Part shown: positions 16,103 through 24,329 of the stretch, one piece after another
Position numbering within the stretch: position 1 is the stretch's first letter
Layout: each line of letters begins with the position of its first letter
DNA from: Pseudomonadota bacterium
Lineage (GTDB): Bacteria > Bdellovibrionota_C > UBA2361 > OMII01
Direction: 5' to 3'
DNA length: 64,000 bases
NCBI GenBank assembly: GCA_038134595.1
Contig: JAYPVM010000002.1
Coordinates: forward strand, 1-64,000
Translations under genes and position numbers: made by a program
The notes under the pieces: model-generated
What the model saw: the letters and a program-made list of their open reading frames with translations, nothing else
Databases searched by the model: none
What the model was told of the DNA's origin: nothing

Positions 16103-18205
16103 ATGGTTGGGAGCAGGGTTAAATATTCGGAATTTGTTTTAATCGTTCTTGTCATGGCGATAGCCGCCATGCTTGTAGTGCCTTTGCCAACGTTTGTTTT
16201 AGATCTTTTACTTGTTTGTAACGTTTCATTTGCAATCTTACTTCTCCTCGTAGGATTGTATGTTGGAAACTCATCAGCACTTTTTACATTCCCGTCTATT
16301 TTGTTACTGAGTACCTTGTTTCGACTCGGATTAAACGTTGCATCTACCCGGCTTATTCTTAGTCAGGGTGAGGCAGGAAAAGTCATCGAAGCATTTGGAA
16401 CGTTTTTGATTCGTGGCGAGGTAGTGGTTGGAATAATAATCTTTGCGATTGTCACAATAGTAAATTTTATCGTGATATCAAAAGGTGCTAGTCGTGTATC
16501 TGAGGTGGCGGCTCGCTTTGCGCTCGACGCTCTGCCGGGCAAGCAGATGATGATAGATAACGACGTCCGGAGTGGTGTTTTGTCTGCTGATGAGGCTCGA
16601 GGCAAGAGAGAGGAGCTTCGGAGAGAATCGCAACTGTACGGCTCAATGGATGGAGCGATGAAATTTGTCCAAGGAGATGCCATTGCGGGCATCATGATTA
16701 TTGTTGCAAATATCTGTGGTGGAATCTACATGGGACTCTCTACTGGTATGGGTCTTGTTGATGCGATTCATACCTATACAACGCTTACTATCGGAGACGG
16801 CCTAGTAAGTCAGATACCAGCGCTTCTGACCTCAATCTGTGCAGGAATAATTGTCACGCGGGTTTCTTCTGCAGAGAGTTCGAGTCTAAGCTCAGATTTG
16901 CACGGACAATTGTTTCAGCGTCCCTTTACGTTGTTTATGGCGTCTGGAATTATCTGTCTTCTTGCCCTCTTGCCGGGTATACCATTTATCCCCTTCGGGA
17001 CTGCATCCCTTGGCTTGATGGTGTTGGGCGTATGGGGAGTTCGGAACGCGCGAAGTATTGATTCTCATCAGCCAAAGGGAGTGGTAGCAGCCGTTGATAG
17101 CTCTAAAGGGTATCAAGATACTGCTGAAGGTGAGGTTATTGGCCCCCCGATAGTATTGTATCTCGACTCCGGAAGCTTATATCGTTTTTACAAGGGACGC
17201 GTAAACGAGTATATGGCGGTGTGGCGTACGTTTCGAGAAGAGTTTTATGATGACACGGGTGTTCAGCTTCCGAGTATGGAGGTGCAGAGTAGCGAGCAGC
17301 TGAGCGTCGGGGGTTATGCAGTTCGATTCTTGGGAACGGAGTTGTTTGCAGGCGCACTGCCTACCGAAGCGTTGTTTGTAGAACTGACCCGTTCCAACGC
17401 TGAGGTGTTGGGTGTACCAGTGTTAAAGGAGGAGCGCCATCCCCTGTCAGGTCAAGCAGTCATCTGGACTCCAAAGACTCAGAATACGGTAAAATTACTC
17501 GATGCCGCACGCATCAAGCACAGTGGTTTTATGGGATATGTAAGCCTGCGGATGGGATATATGGCACTCCGACATCCCGAGGAGTTTGTAACCGCAACGT
17601 ATGTGCATTCGAGTTTGCGTAAGATAGAGAAGCGTCATCCAGGGCTTATTCAAGAGGGATTTGGCCGAGAGTTTGTTTCAGTACCAAAGTTAGCAGAGAT
17701 TCTACAGGAGCTAATCAGGCAGGGTGTGAGTATCCGAGACTTTCGTGGTATTGTAGAATGTTTGGCGTCGTTTTGTGCTTCGGCAGGGGTTGCAATTGAT
17801 AGTGATGTCCCGGTAGATATCGCCGAAGCAGTTCATTACGTTCGTGCAAGTCGTCGCCGACAAATTGTTCGACGTTTGCTTGGATCAGCGGAGAGTTTGC
17901 CAGTCTTTGCGCTTTCTCCAGAGGTTGAACAGACCTTTGAAGAAGCAAGTGCGGATCGATGGACTACATCGCTTGCGATGCCACCAGATCTTTATGATCT
18001 GCTTTTGCAGGGTCTGTATGATGGAGTGCGAACAAATATTCAGGTTGGAAGTTTGCCATTAGCTTTGCTGTGTAGCAGAGAAATAAAGGAGAAGGTGATA
18101 AGCTTTATTCGTGCTACCGACTTGATGCTTTTTGTTACAACGCTTGATGAAATTGACCCGACCGTGCCGGTTATGCAGGTCGGAGTTTGGGATTTTAGGC
18201 ACTAA
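16103..18205 (+). CDS. Type III secretion export-gate protein, FHIPEP family (SctV/LcrD-like rather than FlhA)
   Basis: EVAARFALDALPGKQM, ESQLYGSMDGAMKFVQGDAIAG, LTIGDGLVSQIPALL, VSIRD; multi-TM N-terminus; 700 aa. Confidence 0.93.
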   Translation: MVGSRVKYSEFVLIVLVMAIAAMLVVPLPTFVLDLLLVCNVSFAILLLLVGLYVGNSSALFTFPSILLLSTLFRLGLNVASTRLILSQGEAGKVIEAFGTFLIRGEVVVGIIIFAIVTIVNFIVISKGASRVSEVAARFALDALPGKQMMIDNDVRSGVLSADEARGKREELRRESQLYGSMDGAMKFVQGDAIAGIMIIVANICGGIYMGLSTGMGLVDAIHTYTTLTIGDGLVSQIPALLTSICAGIIVTRVSSAESSSLSSDLHGQLFQRPFTLFMASGIICLLALLPGIPFIPFGTASLGLMVLGVWGVRNARSIDSHQPKGVVAAVDSSKGYQDTAEGEVIGPPIVLYLDSGSLYRFYKGRVNEYMAVWRTFREEFYDDTGVQLPSMEVQSSEQLSVGGYAVRFLGTELFAGALPTEALFVELTRSNAEVLGVPVLKEERHPLSGQAVIWTPKTQNTVKLLDAARIKHSGFMGYVSLRMGYMALRHPEEFVTATYVHSSLRKIEKRHPGLIQEGFGREFVSVPKLAEILQELIRQGVSIRDFRGIVECLASFCASAGVAIDSDVPVDIAEAVHYVRASRRRQIVRRLLGSAESLPVFALSPEVEQTFEEASADRWTTSLAMPPDLYDLLLQGLYDGVRTNIQVGSLPLALLCSREIKEKVISFIRATDLMLFVTTLDEIDPTVPVMQVGVWDFRH

Positions 18206-18252
18206 AGAAAATTGATTTTGCATTTTAATAAGCGTCTATCTTGTAGAGGATA

Positions 18253-20523
18253 ATGCTAAGAGTGTTTTGGAAAACAGGGCGAAACGATCTTAAGCATCCT
18301 GTTTCAGATGAATGGAAGCTTGATTGGAGTGTCGTCGAGAGTCCTTCCAGTATTATGTATAGGTTGGCAAGAGATAGTGATGGTGCTGGTTATGTATCGG
18401 TGACCCGCATGCCCCTTACGGAATCTTATTGTGACGGGTTTATCCGTTGCGTGACCGCGTTGGAGGCGTCCGGGGCCTCGATTGAGAGGTTTGGACTCGA
18501 TAGCGAAAATAGGGGATATATCGTATGGACCGTTCGCTCCGCAAAGCCTCTCTTGTATGATTCTCCTAAGGGAGCAGAGGCAAGGGAGCGCTTTTTAGGT
18601 GCGCTTCTAGCGGTAGAGAAGCTACATGAAGATTTCGATATGCACGGCGCGCTTACTGAGAGTAGCTTTGCTGTCGATGGCCAAAATCAGGTATTTCTCT
18701 TTGATGTTTGTCGTATCGAAGATCTTGCCAAGGAGTCGGAGGTGCAGGGTGCGATCGCTCCCTTTAGGATGCCCGACGTGGAGGGCTTGGAGGAGTCTTC
18801 AGTTCGAGATGTATATGCGCTAGGAGTTTTAGGATTAAAGATCTTTGGCGCACAGTTTCCCGAGACTCTCCTCGATATGGATGTTTTGGATAAGGGGCTA
18901 GAAACACTTTCGAAGGAGGCTCCTCGTTGGATGCAGTCGGTTGTACTACCGATTGTAAGCGAAGCCAAAAAGCCTACGTGTCAAACGGTCTCTGCGCTTA
19001 TATCTGCAATAGCTATCGAGGAGCGCTTGCATACAGCAGACGGATCGAAGAGAGAAGATGTCTCTCTTGATGAGTTAGCGGCTCTTTCACGTCGAGGAAA
19101 AGCGAAGAGAACGGGCTTTGATGTTCATACCTTTATCACATCTCCCAAAGGAATTTGTGTATCGGGAGTAGGAGCAATTATAGCGTTGTCGTTCCTGGGT
19201 TTTCTCAATCTTGACTTCTCTGCACTAGATATTTTACCTGAAGTAAAAAGAGCTAACGAGCCTGCTACTAAGCCCGCTGTCTCTGCTGAATTTAATGAGG
19301 CTAAGGCTTTCTCGGATTTAGACAATCCGAATGTGATGAAGAGCTCTGAGGAGATGCGTAAAATTTGGCAGGCGTTGGTGCAGAAACGAACAGACACAGG
19401 GCACAGTACTCCACTCCTTGAGTCGTTAGAAAGTTATGTTCAAGGAGTAGGAGATGAGCAAGAGCCGCAGCGGTTGGCATCTCTTATGAAGTTTTTAGAT
19501 CCTTTGCTCTCTCACGAGGAGAAGGCCAAAAAGTTAGAGAATTATCTGGATGATGGAGCGCAAGGAGCGGAGCGTTTTGTTGTTAATTTGGTGCATGAAT
19601 CTGGAGAGATGCAAAGCGTATACGCTCCTGCTCTCAGAAAGGCTCTATATACAAGGGGAGTTTCAGAGGCTAGCACGAGCGCTCTTAGCACTACAGCACT
19701 ACTCTTGATGTTCGATACGCAAGCAACGCTTGCCGAGAGTGAAGTCTCGAAATACGCAACTAATTTGACGGACGTCGAGTTGTGGGAGCTTGTTCGATAT
19801 CATGCAAGCAAACGAACTGAGATGTTACCTCAGATTGTGGGGGCGGCGCTACACCTGCCAGATGGGAATCCGTATAGACAGTGGTACCTGGCGCCACTAA
19901 AAAAATATCCACTTGATTTTGATATTCCAGTATCTGCTCTCTTACATAGTGCTACAAAGGGCGCTTCACTCGCTGATGTCGAGGAGTTTTTGGAGTGGAA
20001 GGGGCAGGGGAGTGAGCAGGTGCTCATCGCTAGTCTTAATTCACCAGAGAGCGAGGCTTCCATGTTGGCACTTTCTGGGCTGATTGCTCGCCCGATAGCT
20101 GAACCGCTTCTTGCTAGGATGGTGGAACTAGTTGGCAGGCGCGAGCGTGAAAAGCATCGAGCCTATATTTCCTTTCTTGTTTTGTGTGGGCTCAGAAGTT
20201 CCCTACCCGATGCCGAGCAAAAAAGACTTATCCGTCAGTCATCTACCATTTTGATGAGTGACAGTGGTATTGTCAGTGATATAATTTCTAGCGGGAAAGA
20301 GGATATGTTGTTGCTTGTGTTAGGGGAGTTGGGGGACTTACTTCATCCGACTGTGTTGCTTTCAATGCTTGATGCCAAGGACCCAGAGGTGCGCAAAGGG
20401 GCCCTTGGATTTTTACAGCATGTTCGAGTTCAATCCATTAGACAGGCTGTTCTTAAGAAGTATTTTGAAGAGAACGATGAGGCTGTTAAAGCTCTCTATA
20501 CTGAGCTTGGCCTGTTGCTATGA
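18253..20523 (+). CDS. Membrane protein: N-terminal pseudokinase, one TM, helical/HEAT-like C-terminal region
   Basis: Kinase remnants LHE..MHGAL and DVYALGVL without HRD/DFG; TM at ~300-322; C-terminal LDAKDPEVRKGAL. Confidence 0.65.
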   Translation: MLRVFWKTGRNDLKHPVSDEWKLDWSVVESPSSIMYRLARDSDGAGYVSVTRMPLTESYCDGFIRCVTALEASGASIERFGLDSENRGYIVWTVRSAKPLLYDSPKGAEARERFLGALLAVEKLHEDFDMHGALTESSFAVDGQNQVFLFDVCRIEDLAKESEVQGAIAPFRMPDVEGLEESSVRDVYALGVLGLKIFGAQFPETLLDMDVLDKGLETLSKEAPRWMQSVVLPIVSEAKKPTCQTVSALISAIAIEERLHTADGSKREDVSLDELAALSRRGKAKRTGFDVHTFITSPKGICVSGVGAIIALSFLGFLNLDFSALDILPEVKRANEPATKPAVSAEFNEAKAFSDLDNPNVMKSSEEMRKIWQALVQKRTDTGHSTPLLESLESYVQGVGDEQEPQRLASLMKFLDPLLSHEEKAKKLENYLDDGAQGAERFVVNLVHESGEMQSVYAPALRKALYTRGVSEASTSALSTTALLLMFDTQATLAESEVSKYATNLTDVELWELVRYHASKRTEMLPQIVGAALHLPDGNPYRQWYLAPLKKYPLDFDIPVSALLHSATKGASLADVEEFLEWKGQGSEQVLIASLNSPESEASMLALSGLIARPIAEPLLARMVELVGRREREKHRAYISFLVLCGLRSSLPDAEQKRLIRQSSTILMSDSGIVSDIISSGKEDMLLLVLGELGDLLHPTVLLSMLDAKDPEVRKGALGFLQHVRVQSIRQAVLKKYFEENDEAVKALYTELGLLL

Positions 20524-20591
20524 GGACACCTGTACTGAGAAGAGGTGTTTCCTGTGGGAGAGGATAGCGCTACGGTTGTGCGCAGGACTTT

Positions 20592-21212
20592 TTGTTGGAG
20601 GGGCGTCACATGGAGCATTACAGTGGGATCTTATTGATAGCTAGAATAGCTAACGCTTGCTATCGAGCGATGCCATGGCGCGTCAAGAATGTTCTACGGA
20701 TCGCTTCATTAGGCATGCTTTGTATTGCATATACTTTTTCGGGATGTTTTTCGAATAGTGAGCGGTTTCAGGCGCTTGTCGGAAGGCCTTTGCCTGATGC
20801 CAGATTGATTATGCTTGATGGCTCGCATCACGCTTTGAGGAGTCAGATCGGACGGCCTACGGCATTTTTGTTTTGGTCCACGTCGTGTTCGTTTTCTCGA
20901 GGTGCAATCAAGAGGTTTAACGAATTGGCTGAAACGTATAAGGAGAGAACAGATCTGCGGTTTTTTGCGGTAAGTGTCGATGCTGAATCAGCGATTGGTG
21001 ATTTAGAGTCTCGTATTAGAGAACAAGACCTGCAGGCTGTTGAGCATGTGTTCTCAGGTAACGAGGGGCAGGATGAAGTGTATTTGGCCTTCAATGGAGA
21101 GCGAATTCCATATGTTGTTTTTGTGGATGAGCGGGGAATTATAAGGCTAGCACAGATGGGATTGAACGGCCTGGAGCAATTGCTTGCCGAGCGATATTCA
21201 GTGCCACATTAA
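20592..21212 (+). CDS. TlpA/ResA-like thioredoxin-fold lipoprotein (CxxS); start probably later (~20670)
   Basis: FSGC lipobox, GRPLPDARL..LDG, FLFWSTSCSFS, cis-Pro IPY.VFVD.RG. Confidence 0.8.
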   Translation: MLEGRHMEHYSGILLIARIANACYRAMPWRVKNVLRIASLGMLCIAYTFSGCFSNSERFQALVGRPLPDARLIMLDGSHHALRSQIGRPTAFLFWSTSCSFSRGAIKRFNELAETYKERTDLRFFAVSVDAESAIGDLESRIREQDLQAVEHVFSGNEGQDEVYLAFNGERIPYVVFVDERGIIRLAQMGLNGLEQLLAERYSVPH

Positions 21213-21230
21213 CGCGATCCATGTATGGGC

Positions 21231-23237
21231 TTATGGAGAGGATTGAAGTTCTTGCGAAGAGTGAGACTTTATAATTGAGTGAGCAAAATGGTATTGCAAG
21301 GCTTGCCAATAGCGGGTGTGCGTGCTGCTTGATGGTAGAGAATGAGATCCTTTGTAATCGATTATCCATAGATCCTGTTGTTTGCGTTCTGGTAGGCAAG
21401 CAAGTTGATTAAGCCAGCGCAGGGTGTGAGCCGCTGGGACAACCTCGTCCTGTAAAGGTATTGATGCTAGAACTCTCGGGAAGTGCTGAGCGGAGGCGTT
21501 GTGGGTTAGATCAGATGATAGTCGGGAGGAGAGAGTCGTAGGCCACTCGCCCATGTCTAGAGTCTGTGAGGGTGAATTTGAATCACCCGTGCCGGGATCA
21601 ATAAGGGGAGCATTTAAGATCAGGGCTGCAAAAAGTTTTGGATTAGTAAGAGCAGTTTGAATAAACAGCCAACCCCCTGCGCTAGTTCCGATGCCGATAG
21701 TCGCGTCTTTAGATATCTCCAGATATTTTTGTAGATATATCGTTGCATGCTCTAGGTCGTCTATTGAGTTGCTTTTATATTTGCCGCTACCAGCCTTGTG
21801 CCACGGCGTGCCCCGTTCGCCGCCACCTCGGACATGAACGAATGCCACAGCGATTTTATCCGCCAGAAGAGCCGCTAATTCACTTTGATAGGAGGGGATG
21901 AGTGAGACACCATACGCTCCGTATGCAATTATCACCATTCCCTTTGGCCTCGGGGGGGCAATGACGGAGATGGGTACGCGAGTGCCATCAGTTGATGTGC
22001 TATAGAGTGTTCTTGTTTCACATTGGGGGCATACCGAGTTTTGATCTGTGTGGTCCTCCGAGAGGTTCTTGAGGGTAGAGACTGAGACTCGTTTGCGCCT
22101 TAAAAGGGGGGATTGGAGGGTTATTCCAATTGATTTATGTATCCCGGTTTTTGGAGCTGAACTGAATGTAGTAAGGGCTGTTGGAGCAACTATAGTTTCT
22201 GGTCGTCTTGCGGCAGATGTATAGACCTGCAAGGCTGAGCGATCCAACGCTCGTGAAAAAACAACAAGATTATTTACGTCAGAATCGATGTCAAAAAGAG
22301 GAGCACGTCTTGTGCCGCGTGTTAGCACAGTTGTTTGTCGCGGGGTGTCGGCCTTGAAGATAATTAGATCTCCAAAAGGATTTGTAGCAACAGAGATGCA
22401 AGCGATATGACCTTGAAAGCTCGCACAGTGGTTTCCGGATGATGGAGAGGAGATTGATAGGAGTGGCTGCTTTGGCGACTGAGTCTTGAAAAGAGTTAGC
22501 GTGTTTACGCTAGAAGAGCGCTCCTTGACAGAAAAAAAGTTACCTGCAGGATCTTTTGAGAGTGTAAGCGCAGCACCCGGTGTGGATGTATGCATGAGTT
22601 CTCGCTTCGTACCATCTTGATGTAATAAAAACGCAGTATTTGGTTGGGGTTTTCCGGTGGAAACCAAAAGAGTTTTGTTGTCGACCCACAGCAGATCGTA
22701 AGCGGCTGTGTTAAAAGCTTGCTCGAGATGCCCTGTTTTGTCGATGAGCATGACCCATGTAGATGGGACGTCGTGAGAGCTAACTATGACAGCAACGCGC
22801 GCTTCATTGGGAGTGACGGCAATTTTATGGATACGTGTGACGTCGTGTCTTCTGAGAGGAGGATCAAGTCTGAGCGAAGTTACTGAGCCATTGGAGTCAA
22901 AGAGATGTATCGATGGAAATCTGTCTCCCCGTTCGTGAAAGAGTCGTTCTCTTTCTTGTGTAGGATTATGGACGGTGAGCTTCTCGACAGAGTCTAGTTT
23001 TCTGATGCTTTCTCGATAGCTTGGCGCATGAAGAGCAAGATATTCTTTAACGGTAGTGTCTCCGTAGTGAGCGACCTTCGTTAGGCTTTCTACAGATATT
23101 TGTTGATCCGCGGGGCATTGGGGAGGGCGTGTAACGGAAAAGCCTGGGACGGCTTTCGTGCATCCTCCTATTAGTACTGCTGTTAAAGAGAGTAGGGTGG
23201 TTTGTACGAGGAGATTGGAACGAAGTGTCGGATGCAT
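21231..23237 (-). CDS. Prolyl oligopeptidase (S9) family lipoprotein
   Basis: S.DGTRVPIS, YGAYG, HVRGGGERG..WH..G, GTSAGG nucleophile, later Asp and His; IGGC lipobox. Confidence 0.85.
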   Translation of the reverse strand: MHPTLRSNLLVQTTLLSLTAVLIGGCTKAVPGFSVTRPPQCPADQQISVESLTKVAHYGDTTVKEYLALHAPSYRESIRKLDSVEKLTVHNPTQERERLFHERGDRFPSIHLFDSNGSVTSLRLDPPLRRHDVTRIHKIAVTPNEARVAVIVSSHDVPSTWVMLIDKTGHLEQAFNTAAYDLLWVDNKTLLVSTGKPQPNTAFLLHQDGTKRELMHTSTPGAALTLSKDPAGNFFSVKERSSSVNTLTLFKTQSPKQPLLSISSPSSGNHCASFQGHIACISVATNPFGDLIIFKADTPRQTTVLTRGTRRAPLFDIDSDVNNLVVFSRALDRSALQVYTSAARRPETIVAPTALTTFSSAPKTGIHKSIGITLQSPLLRRKRVSVSTLKNLSEDHTDQNSVCPQCETRTLYSTSTDGTRVPISVIAPPRPKGMVIIAYGAYGVSLIPSYQSELAALLADKIAVAFVHVRGGGERGTPWHKAGSGKYKSNSIDDLEHATIYLQKYLEISKDATIGIGTSAGGWLFIQTALTNPKLFAALILNAPLIDPGTGDSNSPSQTLDMGEWPTTLSSRLSSDLTHNASAQHFPRVLASIPLQDEVVPAAHTLRWLNQLACLPERKQQDLWIIDYKGSHSLPSSSTHTRYWQALQYHFAHSIIKSHSSQELQSSP

Positions 23238-23471
23238 GCTTTAAAGGGTTTTGTTCTTTGAAGAGATCATATCAGACAAAATAATTAACCATGCCTGTTT
23301 ATCTGCTTGTTGTTTTGTATGTCTAGAATCTCACAGATAATGATTCAGAGACAGTGAGACTCTGAGAGTGAAAAGAGGATTTGTTTGTGTTTTTTCGGAT
23401 TAAACTAGGACATGGAGGGCTCTATAGATGTACAGGAAATGCTAATACGAAGCTTTTTCCTGCCGAGTGCT

Positions 23472-23520
23472 GCTAGTTACTGGTGCTAGTTACCAGTGGT
23501 AGTTACCAGTGGTAGTTAAC
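23472..23520. repeat. 13-bp tandem repeat, ~3.8 copies
   Basis: GCTAGTTACTGGT GCTAGTTACCAGT GGTAGTTACCAGT GGTAGTTAAC. Confidence 0.85.
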
Positions 23521-23566
23521 TGCCTTTTGCCTTCAAGAGAGCCCGTTGTTTTTAAGAGAGTCTGAA

Positions 23567-23648
23567 TGCGGGAGGGGGGACTTGAACCCCCAAACCTTGC
23601 GGCACCAGATCCTAAATCTGGCGTGTCTACCAATTCCACCACCCCCGC
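23567..23648 (-). tRNA. tRNA-Leu(TAG), CCA not encoded
   Basis: GCGGGGGTGGTGGAATTGGTAGACACG CCAGA-TT-TAG-GA-TCTGG, long variable arm, GGGGGTTCAAGTCCCCC CTCCCGCA. Confidence 0.96.
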
Positions 23649-24329
23649 GAAAGGGTACTGCAGGCTTTTCCTGCAACGTTGCGATACCTTATAGAAAAAT
23701 GTAGCAGGAATCAATAAGGCACGAGAGCCGAGGTGTCAAAAAATCCTATTCAAACGGGTCTATAAGGATAGAGCTTCCGGGACACAGCTTTCGAAGGGTG
23801 GATTATAGATCGGTTTTGCGAACTACGGCTATCTTTGGGCGGCTTTGGCGAGCACTTTTTTTGGATAGGGAATTTGAATCCCGAGTTGTTATGGAATCGC
23901 TTGAGAATGGGGTGATATTCAGTCAAATCAGATGGTTGTGATTGTTGAGAAGGAATCTCGCCACGGCCTGTTTTATACAGCGTCTTCCAAGAGCTTTCCG
24001 TCTTGCTATATTTTGCCCTAACCGATGGTATTTAGCATGATTTCATCGTACTCTATGGGCGCTTATGAACGGGGTGCGTTTAAGACGAGAGAAAGAGCAG
24101 TGGTTGCTCTTAACTGTTAACCGTTCCCAAAAGCGCGGTGTGCGTAAAGCCTGTCGGTCTATGTGCGTTTGAAATAACATGTAGGTCCATGAGGGTTCTT
24201 TTGGACTTTTGCGAACACTAGTTTATTTAAGTTTGACCCAGGTAATCCCAGGTGGTTTTTTTAGAACCAGGAAAAGGGGTCTTCGAGAGGATATGTGCCC
24301 GCGATAGGGCTTACGAGGAGAGGATAATA

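Noticed and set aside
16103..18205. Calling this gene flhA
   Set aside because: ESQLYG/DGAMKF residues and the absence of flhB/flhF neighbours favour SctV; symbol left empty until a tree is built.
23472..23520. Short repeats here, at 28928-28965 and at 49186-49230 as CRISPR arrays
   Set aside because: Units are 13-19 bp, directly tandem with no unique spacers, and no cas genes are present.
23490..23714. 74-aa ORF in the track
   Set aside because: It is a translation of the tRNA-Leu gene and the adjacent repeat.
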